Below the pieces are notes generated by a model, which searched no databases, was not told the DNA's origin, and saw nothing but the letters and a program-made list of their open reading frames with translations. From an uncultured Phycisphaerales bacterium (GTDB lineage: Bacteria > Planctomycetota > Phycisphaerae > Tepidisphaerales > Tepidisphaeraceae): DNA of 64,000 bases. Position 1 is the first letter of the stretch. Each line of letters starts with the position of its first letter. The stretch covers positions 3,264,001 through 3,328,000 of the forward strand of contig CAVWLP010000002.1 of NCBI GenBank assembly GCA_963755915.1, written 5' to 3'. A program made the position numbers and the translations under genes. This document shows positions 1-10,928 of this stretch, one piece after another.

Positions 1-2425
1 CCGCCGACGAGCGAGGGAAGTGGCCGCGCAGTCTGTTTTTGAACCGCCCATCCGGCATGTCGTAGGCGATTGTTCCGATGAGCTGCGCGCCTCGTCCGGC
101 GTCGTCAGTGCGAAGTTCGATGGATGGCTTTCCATTTTCGCCGGCGGTGCGTACGTTGGAGTTGAGCCCAATCCATTTTCCTCCGGTGTTCCAGAGGCTT
201 CCGGCGGCGCCGGTGGCATCGGGTTCGAGCCTGGCGAAGTTCTGGTTGAGAAGCTCGACATCTTCAGGTAGTTCGTATTTCTGGGTTGGCACATTCATTC
301 GATTGGGACCGGGATGGTATGCATAAAGTGCTTCGCCCTGCCGGCGATCGATCGGATAGAAGTTCCAGCCGTCGTCGGGATGGAAGAGCACCCGCCAGGC
401 GAGGTCGGCGAGTCTTGGGTCGGGGCCATTGAGAACGTCAACGACGTGCTGTTGTCCGCGCGGGCCGAAGCCAAAGATCAATGACTCGGCAACAACGCGG
501 TATCCCCACTGCTGGTCGTGTCGATTTCCATCCATGCCGTACAATTTTTCCTGCTCAAGCAGTCTCTGGAAAATCGCCTCTCGCAGTTTTCTATCGTCGA
601 GATCGCGAGCGACTTCGCCGCAGGAGAAGGCGGCGGCGTCCTGTACAACTTCGGAGGGATCATCGAGAAGATGAAGCAAGAGTTGTGCTGTTTTGCTATC
701 CGGATAATAAGCGGTTGCGAACGCGGCAATGGAACGGAGTGTGTCGTTCGGATCGGCAGCGGCCTGATCAACCAGCGGGCGAAAGGCGGCGGTCGCCTTG
801 ATGGCCGGCACGGCGCGCTTGGAGACGATCATTTCAACGATCGCCGTGCGAACGTAGGGACTGGTGGTTCGATAATAAAGGGCGATAAGATCGTCTGAAT
901 CGGCAGGAAACATCGCGGCCCAGGCGCTGCGGGCCGCGATGCGCATGCCGGCGACGGGATAAGCCTCGAGTGCCTTTCCGATGGCGGCGACGGTGTTTGG
1001 GCCATGCATCGTTCCCAAGGCGTCGATGACGTTGCAGCGGAAGTTGTTTTCCGGATCCATTGCCGCGCTTTCCATCGCTGGAATCGCGGCGGTCACCCGG
1101 CGCCGGACGAGGGCATCGACCGCCATGTGCCGCACAATCTGATCGCGGTCGTTCAGCAATTGCACGACTTGGGCCACAGGGACGTCAATGCTGCCGTCCC
1201 GAACCTGACGCAGAACACTCATCTTTGCGACGGGATCGCTGCCTTCGAGGGCCGAAACCGGGCTGTTTTCAACCGGGAAATTGGGCGGCATCTCTGGTGA
1301 CCATATATGCCAGCTGAAATCCTGATCTGAAATATTCTGGACGAACTGCGGCATCTCGCCACCGGCAATACCAAGGCGCGTTTTTGTTCCCCGAGTGGCG
1401 TCGATAAAGGGCTGAATATCATTGATGCTGGCAGCGTCGCGCAGCGCCAGCTCGTCCACGAGGCCTTCTTTGACCCACGTTCGCCAATCCATTTTGATTC
1501 GCCCGGGCGTGAGGACTTGGCGGTACGAGGGCCAGTGCATGGGAACTTCCGGATCCTGCGTATCGATATAAAAGGCGATTTTCTTGCCGTATTTGTTGAA
1601 AAGCTGCCGCATCTCCCGCAGATATTGAGTGATATATTCGCCGCGCATTTCCATGTACTTGTCCATGTCGAACGGCTGTGAATAGACATCGACGCCGTAG
1701 CGTCGCTTAAAATCTCTTGCGGCGATGTCACTGTAGATGAACTGGTCGGTGAAACGGGGGAAGAAATTCTCAACGTAAGTATAGAAGATAATGCCATCGT
1801 ATTGGCTGAAGTCTCCGCCCGGCTGAAACTTCTCTTCATATCGGCGGAGATAGTCTCGGCGTACTTCCGGATAGCCAAACTCAAGAGGACCGCCCGTTTC
1901 GATTCCGGCTCGATCGCTGAGGCGATATTCGGGATGATCGGCGCGAAAACGATCTTCAAAATTGTACGGCCCGAAGCCGGACATTGAGGTGACGTCCGCG
2001 CTGGCGCCGACTTCGAAGAGCGGCATGAAGCCCCAGAATGCGAGGCCGCGTTTTTTGGTCTCAGCAGCGGCAACGCGGGTGAGGTGATCCCTGGTTTCCA
2101 GGTTCATCTCCATCCGGTACAGGTCGTCGATTTCTTCGCTTTGGGGCCGGAAGACCGCTCCGTCGGTCATCCACTGCGCCTGCGCTCTGCGCCAAATGAT
2201 TCGATTGACATTGTAAAGGCTCATGAACGCGTCGAACGACGATCCCATCGCTCGTGACGAATCAATGGGAAACCACTTGTAATAAAAGAGATTGTCGCCA
2301 GTGCTGAGGATCATGGCGACGTCGGGCTTCTTCGGCGTGGGTGACGGAGTATCGGCGAAGCTCGCGGCAGCGGCGACCATTAATATTGAAATGAAGATCG
2401 ATTTGACGAAGGACGGGCTTCTCAT
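1..2425 (-). CDS. Secreted GHL10-like (TIM-barrel glycoside hydrolase-like) protein with HEAT repeats; 3' end runs off the window
   Basis: Not in the ORF track because it has no stop inside the window. Segments translated by hand from ATG 2425: signal peptide MRSPSFVKSIFISILMVAAAASFA, then STGDNL...IIWR...FWG...LEFGYPEVR...YDGIIFYTYVENF...RGEYITQYLREM, then HEAT-like LLNDRDQIVRHMAVDAL in the same frame. Colinear with the 20709-24632 protein. Confidence 0.8.
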   Translation of the reverse strand, partial: MRSPSFVKSIFISILMVAAAASFADTPSPTPKKPDVAMILSTGDNLFYYKWFPIDSSRAMGSSFDAFMSLYNVNRIIWRRAQAQWMTDGAVFRPQSEEIDDLYRMEMNLETRDHLTRVAAAETKKRGLAFWGFMPLFEVGASADVTSMSGFGPYNFEDRFRADHPEYRLSDRAGIETGGPLEFGYPEVRRDYLRRYEEKFQPGGDFSQYDGIIFYTYVENFFPRFTDQFIYSDIAARDFKRRYGVDVYSQPFDMDKYMEMRGEYITQYLREMRQLFNKYGKKIAFYIDTQDPEVPMHWPSYRQVLTPGRIKMDWRTWVKEGLVDELALRDAASINDIQPFIDATRGTKTRLGIAGGEMPQFVQNISDQDFSWHIWSPEMPPNFPVENSPVSALEGSDPVAKMSVLRQVRDGSIDVPVAQVVQLLNDRDQIVRHMAVDALVRRRVTAAIPAMESAAMDPENNFRCNVIDALGTMHGPNTVAAIGKALEAYPVAGMRIAARSAWAAMFPADSDDLIALYYRTTSPYVRTAIVEMIVSKRAVPAIKATAAFRPLVDQAAADPNDTLRSIAAFATAYYPDSKTAQLLLHLLDDPSEVVQDAAAFSCGEVARDLDDRKLREAIFQRLLEQEKLYGMDGNRHDQQWGYRVVAESLIFGFGPRGQQHVVDVLNGPDPRLADLAWRVLFHPDDGWNFYPIDRRQGEALYAYHPGPNRMNVPTQKYELPEDVELLNQNFARLEPDATGAAGSLWNTGGKWIGLNSNVRTAGENGKPSIELRTDDAGRGAQLIGTIAYDMPDGRFKNRLRGHFPRSSA

Positions 2426-2448
2426 GTGTTTGATCTCCAAGATCGAAG

Positions 2449-3693
2449 TCACTGTGGGGTTGAACCGTGCTCGAGAACAAGATCGGGATTGTTTGGGCCA
2501 AAATGCTTGAGCATTACGATCGGGTTGGAACGAGACGGATTCCTGATGGTAACCCCGCGCCGGGCCGCTTCTTCGCTTACAAAGTATTCATCGTGCGATA
2601 GCTGTCCAAATCTGATGAGGCGCGGTGCTTCGATGTCCAACGATCCCAAAGTGCCGTGGCCCTGGACCGTGATCAGGCCATATGCGGCGTCGTCGCGGAT
2701 CTGGACCGTTTTTCCCGGAAACACGGTGAGTTCTTTTGCGGAGTAGGCGGTTGATTTGTAGCAGATCCAGTTTTCCTGATAGCCAGAGGCGTGCGTCTCG
2801 CTGTAGCTGCCCACCGGCCGCGGACGCATGAAATGGTTGGAAGCGAAATTGGGATCTACATTGGCGTCCCAGTCCAAAAGCTCGAGGAGAAAGTTTGTGT
2901 CTCCCCGTCTCTCCGGTGGGACGTCCTTCCAGAGCAGTTCGGGCGGAATAATCGCATCATTAACCAGTGACTGATACATCGCAAAGACATCGGAGGCGAC
3001 CTGGGGCTCATACGTGCACAGGCTTCCCGGCGCGTGCAGAATTCCCGGCGGCACATCCCAGCCCGTGCCCGGCTCCAGACGGTAGGCCTGCGACAGATTG
3101 GTGATCTTGTTGTCCCCCCTTTCGAAACCCTTCAAGCATTGAAGCACTTGATCGCGCGTCACTCCCGGCTGGAGGCCAAAGAACGTGTAAGGGAAATCCC
3201 CGCCGTGGTTGTTCAATTGGGGCGGAAAAAAATAAGCCTCAGGCTTGCCCGATTGCCCGACAAGCTTTGCGTGCTCATCCCGGTGATGAATGTGATGCGG
3301 CAAGGGTCCCTGGTTGTCGAAGAATTTGGAGTAGATGGGCCATTTTCCATATTGGCTCCAGAGTCGCGATCCAATGAGCTGATCTTTCAATTCGCTGACG
3401 GCATCGCGAAGCAAAACCTTTTCAACCTGTCCGCTGCGCTCTTCGAAAACAACGAAACTAAGGCCTTCATCGGGCGATGTCAGCGGCCCGTTTTGGGCGG
3501 GGGTTGTGGAACTGAACCAGCGCTCGTCAATTCCACCGCGATTTCCGCCGAGGGCGTAGTAATCCGCGGGATGCAATCCGATGCGCAGGCCAGGTACGCA
3601 GAAGCTGCGCGGGACCCAATTTGGGGCGAGGCGAAGGATTCCATTGCCCTGCTCTATCGCCTTCTCTATGACTGCTTTGGCGGTTGAACTCAT
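2449..3693 (-). CDS. Cupin-fold sugar(-phosphate) isomerase, class I mannose-6-phosphate isomerase-like
   Basis: 414-aa ORF with metal-binding pattern PHHIHH...KPEAYF...GILHAPG...YEPQVASD. Confidence 0.7.
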   Translation of the reverse strand: MSSTAKAVIEKAIEQGNGILRLAPNWVPRSFCVPGLRIGLHPADYYALGGNRGGIDERWFSSTTPAQNGPLTSPDEGLSFVVFEERSGQVEKVLLRDAVSELKDQLIGSRLWSQYGKWPIYSKFFDNQGPLPHHIHHRDEHAKLVGQSGKPEAYFFPPQLNNHGGDFPYTFFGLQPGVTRDQVLQCLKGFERGDNKITNLSQAYRLEPGTGWDVPPGILHAPGSLCTYEPQVASDVFAMYQSLVNDAIIPPELLWKDVPPERRGDTNFLLELLDWDANVDPNFASNHFMRPRPVGSYSETHASGYQENWICYKSTAYSAKELTVFPGKTVQIRDDAAYGLITVQGHGTLGSLDIEAPRLIRFGQLSHDEYFVSEEAARRGVTIRNPSRSNPIVMLKHFGPNNPDLVLEHGSTPQ

Positions 3694-5759
3694 GATTTGT
3701 TCCCCGCGAGTTCGATTTCCAGCATCTCAGCCAACTCCAATCGGGGAATGCAAATCTTGAATCCGCCAGAGGCTTTCTGAGATTCGATGATTTTCTGAGA
3801 TGTGATCGAGCGGCAGAGTGCCGGCGTATCGCCGCCGGGCAGCGCGATCGTCAATTCGATATCGTTGATAGGAATGTTCGGTAATTCGTCCTGGTAATTT
3901 ACAAGGCAAAGGAGATAGGCCGGCTTACCGATCGTGCTTCGAAGCAGAGTGACTTCGACACATTTGGGCAGATTGGTCGCGAGCACGATGGAGGACGGTG
4001 CAAATCGCCGCAAGATCGATTCGAAGAGCGCCTGCTGCGCTTCGGCCTGCCTGGCGAGGATGGAGGAATTCAGATAAACGCATGTCCCCTGACCAAATTT
4101 GTTCACGGCCAAAGCTACGTGTGGGCCGGGCTTTCCGGGCGGGTTACTGTGAGTGGCTGCATAATGCTCAAAATCATCGCGTGGGAACAGAGGCTCGGCT
4201 ACGAACGCGAGCGGTTTGGCAGTGGTTGCATTTACCAGTGGAGCTGGTGCGTCATTGGACACGAGTTCGCCTTCGATTTGAGCGATATAGTTCCAGTGCT
4301 TGGAGAACCGGCCGGTGAAGGAGACGCCGAAAACATCTTTGAGCGCGAAGTCACCCGAGGTATTTCCGTCCGGATCCTGATAGCTGGTTAGACCAGTAGC
4401 GATGAGCGTTCCGCCCCTCTCGACGAATTCACGGAGGCGCTGTACTTCTTCGGCGCTCATGAATGACGCATCGTTAATAATGATCGTTTTCAGACCGCTG
4501 AAATCCGTTGAATGATCGTGGACGATGCGATACGGAATTTTTGCGCGATTCAGGACAATTGCCGTGCCAAGAACTTCCTGCATTGGCCTGAGGTCACTGA
4601 TAGCCAGCATGTTATTTTCGGGGCTCATAATGTGGCGAAGGGAGACGCCGTTGTGGTCCCGGCGTACGTGGGAAGCCATCGAAAAATAGAGGCCGGCGTC
4701 CGCCCGGAGCTTCGGGCGATGCTCCGCCAGCTTCCGTCTAAATGGTTTGAGCGTTTCGCTGATACGGTGGGCCCGTTCGTAGAATCGCGGCTCAAGCGTT
4801 CCGTCTGGATTAATGGCATCAATCAGCAGATAGGTGCCACCGTTGGCGAGAGTTGTGACGCAGGAACAGAGCAGTTCATCGTCCGACTTGGTCGAGGTGT
4901 GATCGCGAAGGTCTACGCAGCGCGAGGTCATGAACTCGAAGGGCAGTTCACGTTCAAATGCGGCAAGCACCTTGGTGCCAAGGCGCTGCTGGTTTTTCCC
5001 GCCATAGAAATCGCCGCTGGGAACATCGTTGGCGAGCGACATTGAGTAAGACTGACCGTACATCCATCCCAGCAGAACAGGCGAGAATTGATGAGCGACG
5101 GCGACGTCGGGATTTACTGACTTGGCCGCGCCGGTCAGCTCGTGCGCAAATTCGCTAAGCCAGCGCTCGCGGCTTCGCTGAAAATGAACCCAACTGGGAT
5201 CGGACCAGTCGACCGTTACAGGAATTTCGCGGCCGGATTCCTTCAAGAAACGAGCCCGGCAACTATCGCACACGCAGATGCCTGGCCAGAAGGTCATGTC
5301 GATGAATATTGAATCGACATCGTAAGCGACGATTTCCTTAATCTGGGCGTTTGCAAAGTTGCGATATCCGTCGCTATTTGGGCAGCAATACCAGGATCGC
5401 CGGTAGCTTTGGGCGCCATCGATCTGAGTGACTCTCCAGGAAGGATGGTCCCGCGCCGCCTGCCGCTGATAGACAACCGAGTAATAGGCACGAGGGAGGA
5501 TGCCCTCTTTTCGAAGCAAGCGGACGGTTTCGCCGAAGACGTCGCGTCCTTTGAGGTTGCGATGCATTCTGCCGACGCGGGTTGGATAGTAGCAGTTGCC
5601 GCAATGGCAGCATCCATACACCATGATGGAATCGGCGCCGGTTTGCCTGACCATCGCGACATAGGCCGACGGGTCGAATTTGCTGAGGAAGGACTCATCA
5701 TGGTCGGTGATGTGACTGTCGACGAGGAAGCTGGCGTAATTGCTTAGAAGTTTGTTCAA
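3690..5759 (-). CDS. GHL6/GH42-like glycoside hydrolase with beta-galactosidase trimerisation-like domain
   Basis: 689 aa; CHCGNCYYPTRVG, CCPNS, IFIDM and CVCDSC in the barrel; C-terminal LREFVERGGTLIATG...GQGTCVY. Confidence 0.75.
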   Translation of the reverse strand: MNKLLSNYASFLVDSHITDHDESFLSKFDPSAYVAMVRQTGADSIMVYGCCHCGNCYYPTRVGRMHRNLKGRDVFGETVRLLRKEGILPRAYYSVVYQRQAARDHPSWRVTQIDGAQSYRRSWYCCPNSDGYRNFANAQIKEIVAYDVDSIFIDMTFWPGICVCDSCRARFLKESGREIPVTVDWSDPSWVHFQRSRERWLSEFAHELTGAAKSVNPDVAVAHQFSPVLLGWMYGQSYSMSLANDVPSGDFYGGKNQQRLGTKVLAAFERELPFEFMTSRCVDLRDHTSTKSDDELLCSCVTTLANGGTYLLIDAINPDGTLEPRFYERAHRISETLKPFRRKLAEHRPKLRADAGLYFSMASHVRRDHNGVSLRHIMSPENNMLAISDLRPMQEVLGTAIVLNRAKIPYRIVHDHSTDFSGLKTIIINDASFMSAEEVQRLREFVERGGTLIATGLTSYQDPDGNTSGDFALKDVFGVSFTGRFSKHWNYIAQIEGELVSNDAPAPLVNATTAKPLAFVAEPLFPRDDFEHYAATHSNPPGKPGPHVALAVNKFGQGTCVYLNSSILARQAEAQQALFESILRRFAPSSIVLATNLPKCVEVTLLRSTIGKPAYLLCLVNYQDELPNIPINDIELTIALPGGDTPALCRSITSQKIIESQKASGGFKICIPRLELAEMLEIELAGNKS

Positions 5760-6835
5760 GGGGCTTTTCTCGCCTCCAGCGTCAGGATCGTGGTTCGATC
5801 AGTGCGAATCGCGGTTGCGCTGGGCTCTCCGCCAGAGAGCCACCATGTATTTGAGCCCATTTGAATTGCAGTAAGACAGCAGGCAGGTATCACCATTCTG
5901 CCGACGGAAGTGACATCGAGCGTGTCGAGATTTACGAGGAAGATTTCGTCGCTCACCTGATCCAGCGACCCAACACGACCCGTCAACATGATTTGCCGGT
6001 TTGGGAGGGCGGTGGCAGACCAGCCGTAGCCCGGGAAGTTCAGGCCGTCGAGACGGTGCCAGTGATCGGATGCCGGATCATATTTATAAACATCTCCGAA
6101 AACAGTCGTTGCCGGTTGGAATGGAGGATAAACGATGCCGCCAAATAGATAGAGACCGGAATCAACGGCCACAAAAGCAGAGAATGCTCGTCCAATGGTC
6201 GGGAGTGGCGATAAACTTTTCCACTGAGCTTGATCTGCGGTGAGATCGAGGGACCAGAGGGCGTTGCTGATTTTGCCTTCCGACATGCCGCCAAAGACGT
6301 AGAACGTTCCGTTTGCGATAGCGCCCGCTGCGCCTTCCACAGGTTCGGGAAGCGAAGCGAGGGGATGCCAGGATGACCCCACCCGGGTGTCGGCCAAGTG
6401 TTGGACGTCGCTGGTTTCGTGGTGGCCCTCCGCCCCGCCGGCGATGTAGAGACCATCCGGCCCCGACACATAGGCGCAATCACTAAGGGGCTGGGCAAGC
6501 GAGGGACCAGGCGCCCAGCGGCCGTCGCGGAAGACGAAGCAGTCGTTTCGCCAGACTTTGTGTTTCTGGCCGGTCTGAGGGTCTTCCGGCCAACTCGATC
6601 CACCCACGACAACCGGAAGCCCGCGGACAAGCCCACCAGCGTGACCGGCCACCGCCAACGGCAAGCGCGGACCTTCACTGATTTGCGCGACGAATGGTGC
6701 ATCGGAAACAGAATTGGTTCCGTCGGCTACGGCGCTGCAAACGATCAGTGCGATCGGCAGCAACATTACCGCCACGGCCCCGTGCAAGGCGTTTTGATGA
6801 TGCGCTAGCGCCTTCATGGACAGAACTTTCCTCAA
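5756..6835 (-). CDS. Secreted Kelch-repeat beta-propeller (NanM mutarotase-like)
   Basis: Repeated VVVGG/LYIAGG/FYVFGG/LYLFGG...W Kelch motifs and an N-terminal hydrophobic segment. Confidence 0.8.
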   Translation of the reverse strand: MRKVLSMKALAHHQNALHGAVAVMLLPIALIVCSAVADGTNSVSDAPFVAQISEGPRLPLAVAGHAGGLVRGLPVVVGGSSWPEDPQTGQKHKVWRNDCFVFRDGRWAPGPSLAQPLSDCAYVSGPDGLYIAGGAEGHHETSDVQHLADTRVGSSWHPLASLPEPVEGAAGAIANGTFYVFGGMSEGKISNALWSLDLTADQAQWKSLSPLPTIGRAFSAFVAVDSGLYLFGGIVYPPFQPATTVFGDVYKYDPASDHWHRLDGLNFPGYGWSATALPNRQIMLTGRVGSLDQVSDEIFLVNLDTLDVTSVGRMVIPACCLTAIQMGSNTWWLSGGEPSATAIRTDRTTILTLEARKAP

Positions 6836-6846
6836 ACGAGTCAGAT

Positions 6847-7695
6847 TTACTTGCTTTGGTCGATGCAGACATCTGCCGGCAGGGGGGCTCCGCCTCCGCC
6901 GTCGCGGTTGTAAGTATCGCCATAAGTTCGGCGGAGCGAGGCGAACTCCGCGTTCATGTGTTCACGCATTTTGATCACGTCGGCGAGGTGGAACATAAAG
7001 TTCATTCCTGCATCAAGAAAGGCTTTGTTCTTGGCCGCGACGAGATCGGTTTGAATACCGACGCCCACACCGGCCCGCCGACATCGCTTAATCACGTCGA
7101 CCACCGTGCGGACAAAATCGGGATTGTCGTATTCCTCGGGGATTCCCATCGAACAGGAAATGTCGTGTGGGCCGAGGAATACACCATCGACGCCAGGAAT
7201 GGAGATCAGTTCCTCCAAGCGACGAATCGCCGGCACGCTCTCGATTCCGATGATCAGATAGTGGTGCTTGTTGAAGCGTCTCCAGAACGCCTGAAGCTTC
7301 TCGTTGGGCTTGGTGGATCCATTCAGAAACCCCTGGAGCACCTCGCCCTTAATCGGCCGATAATGAACCGCACCGACCAGGGCTTTCACCTCTTCGACGG
7401 TTTCGATGTAGGGCACGACGATGCCTTGAGCGCCGCCGTCCAGCGCCATCGCGGCCAGATATTTGCAGGGATAGGGAATTCGCACCATGGGAGAGATGCC
7501 GTGGAGCGCATAAAACTGACACATCATGCTGACTTCCGAGCGATCCAGTGGCATGTGCTCCGTGCAGATAAAAACGGAATCGATTTGCAGCCCGGTCGTC
7601 AGGGCAGCGCCGATGGGATTGCCCGGGCTGACGACGTGTGTCGCATAAACCCGTTCGCCTGCCCGGAGTTTTGTTCGGAATAGATCGCCCTGCAT
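6847..7695 (-). CDS. HpcH/HpaI aldolase family protein
   Basis: FICTEH, MVRIP, ALDGGAQGIVVP, GIES, GVDGVFLGPHDIS motifs. Confidence 0.9.
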   Translation of the reverse strand: MQGDLFRTKLRAGERVYATHVVSPGNPIGAALTTGLQIDSVFICTEHMPLDRSEVSMMCQFYALHGISPMVRIPYPCKYLAAMALDGGAQGIVVPYIETVEEVKALVGAVHYRPIKGEVLQGFLNGSTKPNEKLQAFWRRFNKHHYLIIGIESVPAIRRLEELISIPGVDGVFLGPHDISCSMGIPEEYDNPDFVRTVVDVIKRCRRAGVGVGIQTDLVAAKNKAFLDAGMNFMFHLADVIKMREHMNAEFASLRRTYGDTYNRDGGGGAPLPADVCIDQSK

Positions 7696-7713
7696 GATTG
7701 ATCATCCTTTTCT

Positions 7714-9336
7714 TCAGGTGTATTCGAGCGACAATCGCCCGGCACCGTCGACGGCCTGCGGCTCATTTTTTTCTTCGGTTGATTTGTCGCCTTGGTGCAG
7801 TGTAAAGAGCGTAAGATTTCTAAGCTTTTCTGCCGAGGGACGAACACCAGTGATAAAGGGTGCGATCAAGCCGAACGCGATCGTGCCGACGAAGGCGGGC
7901 ATGGAGACTACCATGAAGCTGATGGGGTTGTGCTCCCATCGGCTTTTGAGATACCACGCGATCATTAAGACCGTAATCGTGACGCCGAACGCCACGGCCG
8001 TGAGCACGTGATTGGCATTGCAGCGCGTGCTGATCACGCCCAGGAAAAAGACCGGGGGAACAACCGTGATTATCGCGCCCCAGATGGTGTTGGATTCGAT
8101 AACGGTCTCCCGCAAACTGTCGGCTGTGATGCTCATGGCGATCGCCATTGCAGTCCCGAGGATGCCAAGGCCGACCGTCGCCCAGCGAGAGTAGACGACC
8201 TGTCGTTCGTCGCTCGCGTCAGGGTCAAAGAATCGGACGCAATAGTCTTTGGTAACGACCGTGGACAAGGACATGATGAGTGCGCCGATGGTTGAGGTGG
8301 CGGCAGACAGCGCCGCCGCCGCCACGAGGCCCGGGATCGGCTGAGGAGTTTCAAGCACAATAAAGCGGAATAACGCCAGGTCTCCCGGCGGATTTCCGCC
8401 CGCCAACGGATGCTGCGCGAAATGAACATAAATTGCCAAGCCGAGGAACCACAGCAGTGCGCCCAGCGGAATGAAAATGAGAACGGACGTAATGAACGAT
8501 CGTCGCGCGGCCTTGTAGGACGCGGTACATAGCAATTGCTGGATAGCGATCTGATCGGAACTGCTGTAAAACATGTATGCAAATACTGACCCCATCATCA
8601 GAACCCAGAAGGTGATTCTCACGTGCGGGTCGAAGGAAAAGAAATTCTGCTCGAACTTAAAGCCTTTGCCGTGCGCGAATGAATATTTGATGACGCTGAC
8701 GGCGCCACCGTCAACGCTTCGAATGGCAAGAAACACCGCTGCCCCGATTCCGGCGACCGTCACTCCGAATTGAAGGACGTGAATCCAGATCACCGCCTTC
8801 AATCCACCGAGGGTGCTGTAGATAATGCTGACAGTTCCGACCAGAAGGGCGGTTACCCAAACCGGCCAGCCGGCCAGGCCCTGGAATATCCTCGCGCACG
8901 AAAACAAAATGATGGCGAGAACGGAGATTCGCGTAAAAAGGTAAATCGTGCTGACCAGCGCTCGCACGCGCGCGTCAAACCGACGTTCGAGGTAGGCGAA
9001 CGGAGTATAGGTTTTTACATTGAAGTAAAATCGCACGAATATGAAGAAGAACAGCAGCCCGGTAAACGGTGCGAACCACTCTAGAACATAAAGACGCAAG
9101 CCGTTGTTGTATGCCTCGCCGGGAGTCGAAACCAGCGACACCGTGCTGAAGAGTGCCATCACATAGGAGATCGCAGCCGCCCACCAGGGCGTGCGACCGC
9201 CGGCCAGGAGGTGTTCATCTGCTTCGGACTCACCGGCGGCTACCAGACGGCGTTTGTGCCGTGTGGTGAACATTCCTCCCATGGCGCAAATCGCCACGAG
9301 AAACGAAGCCATGATCAAATAATCGAGCCAATTCAT
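7714..9336 (-). CDS. Sodium:solute symporter (SSS family)
   Basis: 540-aa polytopic membrane protein; YLERRFD, YSTLGGLKAVIW and DQIAIQQLL motifs. Confidence 0.9.
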   Translation of the reverse strand: MNWLDYLIMASFLVAICAMGGMFTTRHKRRLVAAGESEADEHLLAGGRTPWWAAAISYVMALFSTVSLVSTPGEAYNNGLRLYVLEWFAPFTGLLFFFIFVRFYFNVKTYTPFAYLERRFDARVRALVSTIYLFTRISVLAIILFSCARIFQGLAGWPVWVTALLVGTVSIIYSTLGGLKAVIWIHVLQFGVTVAGIGAAVFLAIRSVDGGAVSVIKYSFAHGKGFKFEQNFFSFDPHVRITFWVLMMGSVFAYMFYSSSDQIAIQQLLCTASYKAARRSFITSVLIFIPLGALLWFLGLAIYVHFAQHPLAGGNPPGDLALFRFIVLETPQPIPGLVAAAALSAATSTIGALIMSLSTVVTKDYCVRFFDPDASDERQVVYSRWATVGLGILGTAMAIAMSITADSLRETVIESNTIWGAIITVVPPVFFLGVISTRCNANHVLTAVAFGVTITVLMIAWYLKSRWEHNPISFMVVSMPAFVGTIAFGLIAPFITGVRPSAEKLRNLTLFTLHQGDKSTEEKNEPQAVDGAGRLSLEYT

Positions 9337-10592
9337 TCGGAACTCTGTGAGGCGGCGAGACTGGTTTGCAGGCCGAACACCTTTTCACGCAAATCGTCGA
9401 GACGAACCGGGGCACCTGATGCGGCGCTTTCATCGGCAGCGAAACTGAGAACCGATGCTTCGATCCCCTCGCGCAGCCCTGGCCGCTCAGGGTTTCGTCG
9501 TCCGGCAAGCGCGTCGAAGAAGTCCCTGGTAAGAATTGAGTCTCCGCCGTTATGGCCGGACTGGTCGGGGGATACGGTAAACGTTTCAATGATTTCGCCA
9601 CCGCGCCGGTCGCGCCGATAAACGCGGAATTCGTTATCGCTGAGTCCCCCATACAATCGTGCCTCCGAGCCCAGGATGTGGATGGTGCGCCGGGTTGCCG
9701 GCTGACACTGCACGACCGAGAAATTGCATAACACCCCGTTATCATAGCGTATATTCAAAACCTGATGATCGGGATAGGTATGGCGAGCGCTGAAGACACA
9801 GGTGTCTTCCTCCAGCTTCTGCAGTACTTCTCTAAGTTCCTTCGGCCAAGCCACTTCATAAATTTCGGGAACACTGCCGTGTACGAAGCGGCAACTATCG
9901 GTGAGGGTGCAATTGCTGCAATTTTCGGCGGCATATGGACGAGGCTTGAGAAATGTGCGTGCCGCGAAAGAGTGGACGAGCTGAGGTTTGCCTCCAACAA
10001 GCCAATTCAAAATGTCCATGTCATGCGAGCATTTTTCAGCCATGAGGCCACCCGACATCTGCCGTTGCGGCCGCCAGTCCCCGCGGGCGAACACGATGGA
10101 CAGATCATCGCCCATTAGTTCCTCTGCATTAATAGCGAGAATCTTTCCGAGGGCACCCGAATCGCAGATTTCCTTAATGCGCATGTAAAAGGGTGTGTAT
10201 CGAAGGCAGAAGCCGAGAACCGGGTCCTGCGCCGTCCGAGTGTGTCCTTCCCACATGGCAGCCATGTCGGAAAGCGATGCGGCGACGGGCTTTTCGAGCA
10301 AACATTTCACGCCATTGTTCATCGCCTCTATGGCGGATTCCCGATGGACATAGTTTGGACTCGCGATCACGACACCGTCGAGATCCTGCGTTGCAGTAAG
10401 GAGTTCAGCGCCTTTTTGAAAGATATCCGCGCGATTATTTGCGAACAGGCGTGATGAGATTTTGGCGTAACGAAGATCAGGATCGGCGACTGCGACGAGC
10501 TCAAAGGGCATTTGAGCCTGTCGAAAATTGTTTATCAGCCATACCCCCCGCAGTCCACACCCAATGAGGCCGATTCGATAAGGTTGGTTCAT
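9333..10592 (-). CDS. Gfo/Idh/MocA family oxidoreductase
   Basis: IGLIGCGLRG, LLEKP, EKCSHDMD, GHNGGD. Start reassigned to MNQPY (10592; 10604 is possible) because the longer ORF start overlaps the divergent promoter region. Confidence 0.9.
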   Translation of the reverse strand: MNQPYRIGLIGCGLRGVWLINNFRQAQMPFELVAVADPDLRYAKISSRLFANNRADIFQKGAELLTATQDLDGVVIASPNYVHRESAIEAMNNGVKCLLEKPVAASLSDMAAMWEGHTRTAQDPVLGFCLRYTPFYMRIKEICDSGALGKILAINAEELMGDDLSIVFARGDWRPQRQMSGGLMAEKCSHDMDILNWLVGGKPQLVHSFAARTFLKPRPYAAENCSNCTLTDSCRFVHGSVPEIYEVAWPKELREVLQKLEEDTCVFSARHTYPDHQVLNIRYDNGVLCNFSVVQCQPATRRTIHILGSEARLYGGLSDNEFRVYRRDRRGGEIIETFTVSPDQSGHNGGDSILTRDFFDALAGRRNPERPGLREGIEASVLSFAADESAASGAPVRLDDLREKVFGLQTSLAASQSSE

Positions 10593-10850
10593 AGATTCAC
10601 ACATTAGGATAATTTGCAGCGAATGCAACAAAATAATCCGACTGGGGTAATGAGGGGCCTTGAAATGACATTCGGGGCAGGGAATAAACGCTGGAATAAC
10701 CAGCGGTTTTTCGGGCTTTCGGCGGGCCAACGGCGGCCATTTTGGCGGTAGTGGATTAGCCCGACGGATTTCGCCGATGTACGATCGCGCGGTCAAAACG
10801 CGGCATTTGCCGCACAAATTGCGTAATTTGCAAAATGCAGCATTTTTTCT

Positions 10851-10889
10851 TTGACACCCGCTAATGATCCGGTAGTATGCCAATTGGCA
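10851..10889 (+). promoter_or_regulatory. Putative sigma70 promoter with overlapping palindromic operator
   Basis: TTGACA (10851-10856), 16-nt spacer, TAGTAT (10873-10878), perfect palindrome TGCCAATTGGCA (10878-10889), 40 nt upstream of the regulator ATG. Confidence 0.5.
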
Positions 10890-10928
10890 ACAGTTTTGGT
10901 TCGTAGGTTTCCCGGTATTATTGCGAAC

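Noticed and set aside
20-2510. Short ORFs listed over 20-2510, including 1219-2073(-)
   Set aside because: Shadows of the long minus-strand gene starting at 2425.
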